61,761 bases of DNA from a virus (taxonomy: Duplodnaviria; Caudoviricetes): IMG/VR virus record IMGVR_UViG_3300028581_000044, positions 1 through 61,761 of that record. The stretch is one strand, 5' to 3'. The notes under the pieces are model-generated. The model saw only the letters and a program-made list of their open reading frames with translations, had not been told where the DNA came from and did no database searches. Below are positions 49,520 to 59,099 of the stretch, in pieces. The position numbers and the translations under genes are program-made. The first letter of the stretch is position 1; each line of letters begins with the position of its first letter.

Positions 49520-49644
49520 TGTTGGTCTGGTGTAAAAAAGATACGATCCAAAAATTAGCACGCCGTAAGCGGAAAAACCAGTAACGTTGGATGTCGGCCA
49601 ACAAACGGAAGAGTGGTGGAGAATCGGGAGTCCACAAACCAACA
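49520..49644 (+). ncRNA. candidate structured RNA or 5' leader
   Basis: GC-rich; closing stem TGTTGGT/ACCAACA; inner CTGGT/ACCAG, GTTGG/CCAAC, GTGG/CCAC. Confidence 0.5.
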
Positions 49645-49672
49645 TAATTTATTAACCAGTAAATAAATAATT

Positions 49673-50470
49673 ATGAGAAAGAATAACACATACAACATTT
49701 TTCTGGACGATTCCAGAAATACTACCGAAGCTTTTTATAAGTTTAACAATCCTATTTATCGTAATGATATCGTAACCATTAAAAGTTACAAGGATTTTGT
49801 TGAACATATAGAAACACAATTTACAAAGGATGGTTCATATCCGGGATTTATCAGTTTTGATTATCACTTATCTAATGTAACTATGCAGGTTACGGAAGAT
49901 AAAACAATTTTCTTCAATGAAGAATGTTATCAGGAAACAGGATTAGAATGTGCTATTTGGATTATCAATTTTTGTAAGAAACATAATCTACCTGTTCCAA
50001 AGTATTTCGTCCACGATGACAATTCATATGGTAAAAGGAAAATTACAAAATTTTTCACAGATTCAGAAAAAGGAAAAACCGTTCCAGATCCTTTTGAAAT
50101 AGTAACACCTATGGAAACACCCATTGTGGAAGTTAATCCAGTGGTTATGGAAGAAACACCCGTTGTGGTGGAAGATACACCCGTTGTGGAAACTATCGAA
50201 GTTTCAGAAACATCAGATGAAAACAAACTTCCTTTTAGTCGTAAAGAATTTTTTGCAATTGTAAAGAGTTATTTAACTTCCGGTCCAAAAAGTAGGGAAG
50301 ATTTAAACGCTATATTAATAACTCAATTTCCAGAAAATACACCAATGAATCAAAAAATGACCAAAATTAATAACCTTTTGGCTATCTATAAGATTCAAGG
50401 AAAGATTGAAAACGTAGGAACACGCAGAAAATCACTTTGGGTATTAACTGAAAATCAAAAAGTTAGTTAA
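49673..50470 (+). CDS. cyclic-phosphate-processing receiver-like domain, linker and C-terminal winged helix
   Basis: IFLDDSR, ISFDYHL, TGLECAIW, VHDDN..G; C-terminal GKIENVGTRRKSLW. Confidence 0.65.
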   Translation: MRKNNTYNIFLDDSRNTTEAFYKFNNPIYRNDIVTIKSYKDFVEHIETQFTKDGSYPGFISFDYHLSNVTMQVTEDKTIFFNEECYQETGLECAIWIINFCKKHNLPVPKYFVHDDNSYGKRKITKFFTDSEKGKTVPDPFEIVTPMETPIVEVNPVVMEETPVVVEDTPVVETIEVSETSDENKLPFSRKEFFAIVKSYLTSGPKSREDLNAILITQFPENTPMNQKMTKINNLLAIYKIQGKIENVGTRRKSLWVLTENQKVS

Positions 50471-50552
50471 CGCTATAAAAAAAGCTATCAGAAATTTTTT
50501 TATTTTAAATTAAATTCTTAACATTGTAAAACGAAAATCAAATTAAAATTTT

Positions 50553-51290
50553 ATGGCAACAGACAATAATAAATCTTGGTGGAAAAAAGCGTTGTTTGAT
50601 TCTGAAGCTGGTGGTGAAACAACACAACCAGTACAAACAGTATCACAACCCACACCTACAACTAAAGTTAATACGGTGAGAAAACCATCTCCTGTATTTT
50701 CAACCCCTACACCCACACCAACCATTGTTGATGATGGTGAAGTTGATGAAAGTTATATTAATCATTTATATGACTTCATGACAAAAAACAATTTTCAGGG
50801 ACCGGATTATTATGAATTCGCTAACTCACTCGATGAAATGACAAGTGAATTAGCAGGTGCTTCGGAAGAAAAGATTTTTCAAATGACTTACAAAGTCGCC
50901 TACAAACAAAATCTTCCAGTACCCACTCTTATTGAAACCGCACAAAAATATGTTCAACTATTTACACAACATAAAAAAGAATTTGATGATTATCTCAATT
51001 CTGAATCACAGAAAACAGTTGGTGTAAAGGTTGATGAAAATACGAAACTCCAGAAATCGAATGATGATAATTCCAAGAAGATTGAAGATCTTAGGAAACA
51101 AATCGAAACTATGGAAACTCAAATTGAAACCAATAACACCAAAATCGAAGAAAACAATGTTTTTATCGAAAGTGAATCACAGAAATTGGTTATCAAGAAA
51201 AGTAAATTCGAAAAAGCTTTTACCATCATTATCACAAAGATTAATGATGATATTAGTAAAATTAAACAGTATCTCACAACAATTAAATAA
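50553..51290 (+). CDS. coiled-coil protein, first gene of the ABC operon
   Basis: GPDYYEF motif and C-terminal coiled coil. Confidence 0.7.
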   Translation: MATDNNKSWWKKALFDSEAGGETTQPVQTVSQPTPTTKVNTVRKPSPVFSTPTPTPTIVDDGEVDESYINHLYDFMTKNNFQGPDYYEFANSLDEMTSELAGASEEKIFQMTYKVAYKQNLPVPTLIETAQKYVQLFTQHKKEFDDYLNSESQKTVGVKVDENTKLQKSNDDNSKKIEDLRKQIETMETQIETNNTKIEENNVFIESESQKLVIKKSKFEKAFTIIITKINDDISKIKQYLTTIK

Positions 51291-51319
51291 ATTAAACAAG
51301 TAAATTAACAAGTAAAATT

Positions 51320-52330
51320 ATGGAAAAGAAAGTCTGGACAGGATCAGAAAGGGTAATGGGTTATATCGTTGCTCTTGCAATTTTAGGCGGAATCGGATAT
51401 GGACTCTTTATTGTTCTCCCGTTCCTAATTACATTAGTCACCAACCTTTTTATCTTTTTAGGTATGGTAGTTGGTGCAACACTTGTCGTTGGTGTCATCT
51501 GGAACAATCGTAAGATGATTTCCCTCGCCTATCAGATTATCATTAAGAAAATTTGGTCAGCAATGATCAATAGTAATCCAATTGCGATTATGGAAATCCA
51601 GTGTAACACTTGGATAAAACAAAAGGAAAAACTTAATGACAATATTAAACAGTTATCCGCAGCTGAACAGGATCTTTTAAGGGTAATGGAAGAAAATAAA
51701 GACGAAGCTAACGATAAATTTAAGGAAGCTAAAGCCGCAAAGGAATTAGCCGAATCAAGGAATAACCCGGATTACGCTAGGAAATCTAACAAGAATGCGA
51801 TTATGGCACAACGTAGGGTTGAATCCAATAAGATGTTTATTCCCAAACTTCAAGCCATTCAGACAGCACTCAATTATTGTACAAGGGTATATGACGCTTG
51901 GACGGATGATATTGAACTTTTGAAGGACGATATTAGGGAAAAGAAACGTAACCTTTCAATCCTTTCCAAAACAAGTGGTGTTTTTGAAATGGCACAGTCA
52001 TACCTCAATGGTAATTCAAACGAAAGGATTATGTTTGATGAAGCTAACGAAGCATACGCACAGAGAATTTCTGAATATGTTGCCAATATTAAGAGGTTTA
52101 CCGAACAGACTAAGGATTGGGTTTTCAACAAAGATATTCAGGAAGCAATTCAGACTGAATCTGGACAACAGTATCTTTCAATGTATGATGAAGATTCCTT
52201 TGGAAAACTCACAGATTTCAAGGCATTGATGGAAGCTCAGCCAGCAACGTTCGTAGAAGTGTCCGACAACATGAACAAAATTGACACAAATACCTTTACA
52301 AAGGGTAGTTCATTTGACGGTTTAAAATAA
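51320..52330 (+). CDS. 2-TM long coiled-coil protein (PspA/IM30-like architecture)
   Basis: Two TM helices, NPIAIME, then an extended coiled coil. Confidence 0.55.
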   Translation: MEKKVWTGSERVMGYIVALAILGGIGYGLFIVLPFLITLVTNLFIFLGMVVGATLVVGVIWNNRKMISLAYQIIIKKIWSAMINSNPIAIMEIQCNTWIKQKEKLNDNIKQLSAAEQDLLRVMEENKDEANDKFKEAKAAKELAESRNNPDYARKSNKNAIMAQRRVESNKMFIPKLQAIQTALNYCTRVYDAWTDDIELLKDDIREKKRNLSILSKTSGVFEMAQSYLNGNSNERIMFDEANEAYAQRISEYVANIKRFTEQTKDWVFNKDIQEAIQTESGQQYLSMYDEDSFGKLTDFKALMEAQPATFVEVSDNMNKIDTNTFTKGSSFDGLK

Positions 52331-52392
52331 ATAATCAAATCAAATATCAATTAAATCAATTAGTGTTTAACAAATTTAAAAAAGGAGAAATT

Positions 52393-53979
52393 ATGAATTT
52401 TTTTAGAAAACTTGGATGGTTAAGTAAGACGATTATCGCCCTTATCATCATTGTTCCGGCCGCTATCTTTGCATGGCCTCACATTAGTAAAAATCTCGGT
52501 GGTGGTTGATCCGCCGATTTAGTTGGATCTCTTAACACTTGGAGTGGTTTCGCACCTATTGTGTATCTTAATGGTGGAAAAGATGTAAATAAGAATTCAC
52601 GTCTTACCAAAGAGTTTGATCTTACTTTGAAGATTGAACAGATGGATGTTCGTCAGACTTGTATTGACGCTCTTAAAGAAGGTAAGGTAGATTTCATTTA
52701 CACCACCACCGATATTTCACCGACCGAAAATGGTGAAGCATCTGACCTTATGAAGTTGAATGTTGTTCAGATTCTTAAAATTGATGATAGTCGTGGAGCC
52801 GATGTTATCGTAGGTGTCCGTACTATTAAAAGTGTAGCGGATTTGAAGGGACAGAAAATTGCTGTCGCCGTTGGTACAGCATCACATACTCTTCTTTTAA
52901 GGGTACTTGAAACTGCCGGTCTTACACAGAATGATGTGGAACTTGTAAAGGTTTCCGATGGTATTGAATCCGCTAAAATGTTTAAGAGTGGTGAAGTACC
53001 TGTAGCTGTTGTTTGGAGTCCTGACGATGGTGATTGTTACGCAGCTATCGCTGGTTCACATGAAGTATTTTCAACCAAATACGCTCGTAACATTATCATG
53101 GACGGTATCGTTACCACAAAGGCTATTTTCGATAAGAAAAAGAAATCCTTTGAAAAACTGGCTATCGCTTGGTTAACAATCAATGCAGAAACAAACGAAC
53201 TTTGTAAGAAGATTGATCCAAATACTTTTACCGATGAAATTGCTAAAATGGCAGATGGTAAACCGAATAGTATTCCTCCAATGTATGATAGTATCGCTAC
53301 CACTTTTTCCAAAGCTTTCAACGCACCAAAATTCGTTGTAGCAGATGGTATGTATAAGGTAAGGTACGCTACTTATGGTGATAACGTAAACTTCTTCGGT
53401 CTTAACTCAAGTTTTAATGGTGTGGATGGTGATGAACTTTATACCAAAATGACGAGGTCATATACAGAAGTCGGTTTAGCTAAAAACCCACTTCCTTGGC
53501 GTCAGGTATCAGATCCAAGTCTTATTCAAGGTATCACAACTTTGAGTGGTGGAATTCATTCAGCTGAAGGTGAAGTCGTATTCACGAATGTATCCGAAGA
53601 AGTAAAAACTGCAGATGCATCAGCAGTAAAACCAGTTTCAATTGTATTCTCCGTTGGATCTTATACACTCGATGATGAAGCTATGTCAAAAATTGACAGA
53701 GAAATCATCCCAATTGCTAAGGGTGTAGCCGGTGGTTCAAAATTCCGTTTGGAAGGTAATACTGATAAGACTGGTAATTTCCAGAAAAATATCACCCTTT
53801 CACAGAAAAGGGCACAGTCAGTCGCAGACTATATGATTAAAAGAGGTATTAATCCATCTTATATTGTAGCTGTTGTTGGTAACGGTTCAAAGAAACCCGT
53901 AGTTGGTTGTGAATCGGAAAGTACAGAAGAAATGAAATCGAAGAATCGTCGTACTGAATTCCAACTTATCAATAGGTAA
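52393..53979 (+). CDS. NMT1/SsuA-like substrate-binding protein with C-terminal OmpA domain, interrupted by in-frame TGA at 52507-52509
   Basis: AAAGGAGA RBS; N-terminal TM; TWSGF, DSRGADVIV, DLKGQKIAV; EGNTD..N..LSQKRA..NRRTEF. Confidence 0.8.
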
Positions 53980-53988
53980 TTTGTGATG

Positions 53989-54018
53989 GGAGTTCCTACC
54001 AATCGTGGTAGGAACTCC
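53989..54018. promoter_or_regulatory. 13-bp hairpin between the SBP and permease genes (mRNA stabiliser or attenuator)
   Basis: GGAGTTCCTACCA-atcg-TGGTAGGAACTCC, no U-tract. Confidence 0.65.
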
Positions 54019-54051
54019 ATTAATATTTTCTAATCGTATAAACCAAACCCA

Positions 54052-54855
54052 ATGAACTTACAAATAAAAGAATTATTTAAAATGGATGGTCAGGTTGACA
54101 ATAAAACCGCGACCATAACACAAGTAATAGGTTGGATTCTTCTCATATTCTTTTGGTGGTTGACTTCAACAATGGGGTGGATTAATAGTCGTATTCTTCC
54201 TAACCCAATAAGTGTTATTATGTCATACGGGGAAATGATCAAAGACCCCACTTATAATTTGATAAATAATACTTTTTATTCGTTGTCAATCAACTTACTT
54301 GGATATGCTGAAGCTATTCTTATAGCTATTCCTCTTGGTTTTCTTATTGGTTTATTTCCAATATTTAGATCTTTAATGAGTAAACAAATTGATTCAGTTC
54401 GATTTTTACCATTACCCGCCGCTACCGGTATTTTTATCTCATTATTTGGTATTTACTATGGTGTTAAAGTTCACTTTCTGGCATTTGGTATCGCGGTATA
54501 TTTGATTCCTGTTATTGTGCAAAGAATTGATGAAATAGACAAAATACATAAACAAACAATTTTAACATTAGGTGCAAACAGATGGCAACAAATAAGACAT
54601 CTTTATCTACCATCTGTCATTTCCAGAGTATCCGATGATATAAGGGTTTTAGTAGCAATATCTTGGACATATGTTGTAGTTGCTGAAATGATTAACAATC
54701 AAGGTGGATTGGGTGGTATGACTTATCCAATATCAAAAGCTTCAAGAAGTGATATGTTATACGCTATTTTATTGGAAATTATATTTATTGGATATTTATC
54801 TGATAAATGTTTCAAGTGGATTGATAAGGTTAGTTTCAAATTTAAACACGTATAA
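54052..54855 (+). CDS. NitT/TauT ABC transporter permease
   Basis: ILPNP, RFLP, EAA-like TLGANRWQ..LPS, VVAEM..GLG. Confidence 0.9.
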   Translation: MNLQIKELFKMDGQVDNKTATITQVIGWILLIFFWWLTSTMGWINSRILPNPISVIMSYGEMIKDPTYNLINNTFYSLSINLLGYAEAILIAIPLGFLIGLFPIFRSLMSKQIDSVRFLPLPAATGIFISLFGIYYGVKVHFLAFGIAVYLIPVIVQRIDEIDKIHKQTILTLGANRWQQIRHLYLPSVISRVSDDIRVLVAISWTYVVVAEMINNQGGLGGMTYPISKASRSDMLYAILLEIIFIGYLSDKCFKWIDKVSFKFKHV

Positions 54856-54857
54856 AA

Positions 54858-56030
54858 ATGTCAAATATATTTACTAAAAAAATTAAACCGGAACCCGTTG
54901 TTGAACCTGTTGTTGAACCTGTTGTTGAACCTATTGTCGAACAAGTTGAAGAACCAAAAATTGAAAATAAGTTTGACGAATTAAAGGTTGAAAACAAATC
55001 AAAACCGGAAATCGAACACAATGAACCAAAAAGAATTGTTCCGAATGGTGATAAACCAGAACCAAAACAAGATATTTTTATCAATACATTCAAAGATTCT
55101 AGTGTTATTGAATTAAATAGTCCGAATCAAAATTACGAGAAAGTAAACATCGTTGATATTGTTAATGTAAAACAAGAATATGATGTAATTCTACAAACCG
55201 TACCCGGGAAAACAGACAGTCCCGGAAACGGAACACAAAAAAAGAGTTCAATGTTTATTAATCCATCTCAACCGAAACCGATTAAAGGGAAAAATGTTGT
55301 CTTTGAAAATCTAAATTTAAGTATTAAAGATATCAAAGGTAGGGGACAATTCGTAACATTACTTGGGAAATCTGGTTGTGGAAAATCAACGATTTTACGT
55401 TATATTTGTGGATTACAAAAACCGACATCGGGTGATATTTATCTTCACGGTTCAAAATTAAAAAGTGATAATCATATTCCTATGGTTTTTCAACAATATT
55501 CATCTTTTCCTTGGAAAACTGTTTTAGATAATGTAGCTCTTCCATTGATTCTCAATAAAGTTCCGTTAAAACAAGCACGTGAACAAGCTATGGAAATGAT
55601 TAAAATTGTTGGTTTAGAAGGTCATGAATCGAAGTGGGCTAAATACCCTATCCTTTCAGGTGGTCAGTTACAAAGAGTTGCCATAGCACGTAATTTGGTT
55701 GCCAATCCAAATTTTTTGTTAATGGATGAACCATTTGGTGCTTTGGATACCGTAACTCGTCGTTCTATGCAGTTATTTCTTCGTAAAATATTTCAAGATA
55801 ATAATGGATTGGATCCAACAATTTTGTTAGTAACACACGATGTCAGGGAAGCTGTTTTTCTTTCATCAGATATTTTTATTCTTGACGCCAACCCAGCAAA
55901 AGTTCGTTGTCATATAGAAATTGATTTACCGAACGAAAGAAAGAATTCCTTAAAAAGAGAAGAAAAATTTCTTGAATATGTAAACTATATTGATGATTTT
56001 TCAGATAAACTCGAAGCTGAAAAGAAATAA
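54858..56030 (+). CDS. NitT/TauT ABC transporter ATPase with N-terminal EPVV-repeat extension
   Basis: GKSGCGKS, LSGGQLQR, LLMDEPFGALD, VTHD. Confidence 0.92.
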   Translation: MSNIFTKKIKPEPVVEPVVEPVVEPIVEQVEEPKIENKFDELKVENKSKPEIEHNEPKRIVPNGDKPEPKQDIFINTFKDSSVIELNSPNQNYEKVNIVDIVNVKQEYDVILQTVPGKTDSPGNGTQKKSSMFINPSQPKPIKGKNVVFENLNLSIKDIKGRGQFVTLLGKSGCGKSTILRYICGLQKPTSGDIYLHGSKLKSDNHIPMVFQQYSSFPWKTVLDNVALPLILNKVPLKQAREQAMEMIKIVGLEGHESKWAKYPILSGGQLQRVAIARNLVANPNFLLMDEPFGALDTVTRRSMQLFLRKIFQDNNGLDPTILLVTHDVREAVFLSSDIFILDANPAKVRCHIEIDLPNERKNSLKREEKFLEYVNYIDDFSDKLEAEKK

Positions 56031-56151
56031 AATATATGTATTTGAATATAATGAATGTAAAAAATGATTCATTATATGTATTTAGATATAAAAAAGGTAA
56101 CTTACTCCGATGAACTCCTGTTTAGATTAAACACTTAAAGTTGCCAATGAC

Positions 56152-56177
56152 AAAACCCAGATTTATCTGGGTTTTTG
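56152..56177. terminator. bidirectional terminator
   Basis: AAAACCCAGA-ttta-TCTGGGTTTT. Confidence 0.7.
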
Positions 56178-56372
56178 TTTTTTATACAATACGAAATTTT
56201 GACCACCACAATTTTTTTTTCTCATATTGAAATTATCCTCACAAAAATATTGATCGAAAGGATTCATAAATTGTTTCACACATTTATCACATGACCATTT
56301 TTCCGATTGTTCTTTTTCGTATTGTTTGATTATTTTTAAAGCATTTTTATATTCATCTTCTGATACCATCAT
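56163..56372 (-). CDS. small Cys-rich hypothetical protein
   Basis: CDKC..C..C. Confidence 0.55.
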   Translation of the reverse strand: MMVSEDEYKNALKIIKQYEKEQSEKWSCDKCVKQFMNPFDQYFCEDNFNMRKKNCGGQNFVLYKKQKPR

Positions 56373-57322
56373 TCACTAATTATTTTTTTCAAATCTGAAA
56401 TATAAGAAACCAAATGTAAAACAGGATCTACCGTAAAATCATATTCCGCGTTATATTGTTTTGATACACCAATCAATTTAAACCCCTTACTTTGTATTAT
56501 ATCCAAATTATTGTCAATCATATACTTATAGAAAGGTCTCCCCAAAATAACCATCAATTCTTTGGGTCTATTGGTATAATTATCAACCACAAATTCATAA
56601 ATATTATCTAATGTAGTTTTCCCATTCATTATGAAGTTATAAATATCTGTAAATGATTCCTGTATGATTATATTTTCTTGACCGGAAATATAAATTTCTT
56701 GAATCCCTTGAACAGCTCTTCTTAAATCTGGGAAATATGTTGTTATTAATTTATTAATTGTATCATCAGATACTTGCATTTCCGCGTGTTTGACGACCGC
56801 TGATAAATATTTGAAATAACCATCGTGTAAGAATTTTCTTTCTTCATCATCAATTGGATCAAATTTTAATATAGTGAATCTGGATAATAAAGCATCATTA
56901 TTAACACATGATAAATCATTCATCGTTATAATGAATCTAACATGTTTATCGAAATCTTCTACAAAAGCTTTAAACCCTTCTTTAAATTCCGGTGTTGAAT
57001 TTTCAAATTCTTCAAGATAAACATATTTTCTTTTATCTTCAGATTTAATTAATGGTGATCTCATTGTGGTACAGAATTCATCTAATTCATCTCTTAAAAT
57101 ATCAACCTTACCATAAAGAGATGCATTTATTCTCTTAAAAGATTTATCCTTTAAAAGAATTCTTGTAACTGTTGATTTTCCTGTTCCACTATTTCCATGT
57201 AACAAGAAATTCATATTGAATCCATTTCCAATTAAACTTTTAACTCTTGGTAAGAGAACCATCTGGTTCAATGTTTTAGGACGATAATATTCCCAAAATA
57301 GATCATTTATAAACTTCGGCAT
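56369..57322 (-). CDS. clamp loader ATPase subunit (T4 gp44/RFC-like)
   Basis: EYYRPKTL, GNSGTGKS, INAS, LEEFE, LSRF, PDLRR. Confidence 0.88.
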   Translation of the reverse strand: MPKFINDLFWEYYRPKTLNQMVLLPRVKSLIGNGFNMNFLLHGNSGTGKSTVTRILLKDKSFKRINASLYGKVDILRDELDEFCTTMRSPLIKSEDKRKYVYLEEFENSTPEFKEGFKAFVEDFDKHVRFIITMNDLSCVNNDALLSRFTILKFDPIDDEERKFLHDGYFKYLSAVVKHAEMQVSDDTINKLITTYFPDLRRAVQGIQEIYISGQENIIIQESFTDIYNFIMNGKTTLDNIYEFVVDNYTNRPKELMVILGRPFYKYMIDNNLDIIQSKGFKLIGVSKQYNAEYDFTVDPVLHLVSYISDLKKIISE

Positions 57323-57375
57323 AATTACTTTTTAATTTATATTTTATACCGAAAAATAAGATAAAGGTTTAAAAA

Positions 57376-58416
57376 TTAGGCACTATTTATTCCAAGTCTT
57401 GCTGGATCCAGAAAATATTTTGTTTTTGGAATTATCAAATCATCACTACCATTTACTTTTTCAACACCATAAAAAGCATTAGTTGTCATTCCAGCATCAC
57501 CGGGTAATGGTTTTCTATCTTTATAACCAGCGGAAAAACTTGTAGTTGGGATTGTTATAGGTCTCATAGATTTATCTCGTATTTCAAAATGTAAATGTGG
57601 ACCAGTTGATTTTCCGGTATTACCAACTTCACCAATTTGTTGTCCTTTCACAACATCATCACCTTGTTTAACAAGAATTTTACTCAAATGCCCATAAACG
57701 CATTCAAATTTTCCACCTTTAATTGTAATTTCTAAATGAATATGATTACCGTAACCATTATATCCAAATTCAGCTTTAGTAATTTTTCCACCACTAATAG
57801 CATATACAGGATCACCTATTTCACCATCATAATCAACACCACCATGAAATTCCCAAGGACCGGGATTACCTAAAATTCTAAAACCAAAAGGACTTGTTAT
57901 CCTACAACCATTTTTACCCATTGGATGACAAAAATCACCATCAAATTTCAATATAACTGTTGGTCTAAATGAGTCCGATGCATTTTGATTTGTATCACTA
58001 TAAGAATATCCACCATAATCCACAATAGTTGTATCTTCTTCCACTTCTTCATAATCACTAGTGACACCAGATAAAGATGTAAAAGCATCATCAGGATCCA
58101 TTCCTATTTCTTCAAAATATTCAGGATTGTTTTTCTGAATATATTCAAGTTTATTTTTTTCATCTTTTTTTGTTGAATCACCCAGTGCGTTATCCAAATT
58201 TTGAGCCATTACTCCCGGGTTTTCTGGATCTGGTGCACCAGTCTTTTCTAAAGTATTAGTTGATGGTGTGGCAGCAACTGCTTTCTCTGTCTGTTTGTTT
58301 GTTTCAGTTTTTACAGATTCCTTAGCTTCTTTTCCGGTATAATCACTTTCTTTATAATTTTCTTTGTTCATATCGACATTATCATCTGTCATAGGATCAT
58401 TTTGTCTTGTTGCCAT
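57376..58416 (-). CDS. M23 metallopeptidase with acidic N-terminal region
   Basis: ITSPFG.R, HGGVD, YGHL, GNTGKSTGPHLHFE. Confidence 0.9.
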   Translation of the reverse strand: MATRQNDPMTDDNVDMNKENYKESDYTGKEAKESVKTETNKQTEKAVAATPSTNTLEKTGAPDPENPGVMAQNLDNALGDSTKKDEKNKLEYIQKNNPEYFEEIGMDPDDAFTSLSGVTSDYEEVEEDTTIVDYGGYSYSDTNQNASDSFRPTVILKFDGDFCHPMGKNGCRITSPFGFRILGNPGPWEFHGGVDYDGEIGDPVYAISGGKITKAEFGYNGYGNHIHLEITIKGGKFECVYGHLSKILVKQGDDVVKGQQIGEVGNTGKSTGPHLHFEIRDKSMRPITIPTTSFSAGYKDRKPLPGDAGMTTNAFYGVEKVNGSDDLIIPKTKYFLDPARLGINSA

Positions 58417-58418
58417 AT

Positions 58419-59099
58419 TTATTTCAATTTCTTTACTTTTTTATTATCAACAATGAAAACGTTTTTGGATTTAAAATTATCTTTAATAGCTTGATATTCA
58501 GTTAAAAGAGCGTCTATTTCTGGTTTAAGAACTGGACTTGATAAATTACCCACTAAAGAACTTGGTTTTATAAGAGCGTTTACAAATTTATCAAACCAAT
58601 TTAACCAATGGGTTGTTAATAAAGCTGGTTGATTTGCATCTACCGTTCCCAATGTTACTTTCCCTTTATTGTCTTTTAATTCTAGATTTATATTCTTATC
58701 ATTTATCGTTATTTTGTTGAATAAATAATCGAGTGTTATTGCTTTATCATCAACAAATACTTGACAATTATTATCAAATGTAAGAGCGGTGAAACCAGCA
58801 TATTCATCATCACTTAATTCTTTCAATTTCTTCTCCAAATTAACATTAAAATATACACTTGCAATATAATATGGTTGATATTGATCACCCCAAGCAAAAG
58901 CTACAGATACAACTTTTCCCACCGCGGGTACATTGAAAGATTTACCATCAACCGAACCTGTTGGTGAAGCATATGGTATATCTTCAAGAGGAATATCATC
59001 AAATACACTTTGAACTCTAACTTTTATACGACCTCTTTTATTTGGATCCTTGTTATCTTCAACAATTCCAAAAAATATTTTATTATCTAAAAATTTCAT
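58419..59099 (-). CDS. gp5/VgrG-like baseplate hub/spike protein (OB-fold)
   Basis: FFGIVEDNKDPNKRGRIKVRV...VPAVG.VV.V.F. Confidence 0.8.
   Translation of the reverse strand: MKFLDNKIFFGIVEDNKDPNKRGRIKVRVQSVFDDIPLEDIPYASPTGSVDGKSFNVPAVGKVVSVAFAWGDQYQPYYIASVYFNVNLEKKLKELSDDEYAGFTALTFDNNCQVFVDDKAITLDYLFNKITINDKNINLELKDNKGKVTLGTVDANQPALLTTHWLNWFDKFVNALIKPSSLVGNLSSPVLKPEIDALLTEYQAIKDNFKSKNVFIVDNKKVKKLK

Noticed and set aside
52507-52509. Selenocysteine or genome-wide TGA recoding
   Set aside because: The position is a Gly linker rather than a Cys-equivalent site, no clear SECIS is present, and TGA serves as a normal stop in many ATGA overlaps elsewhere
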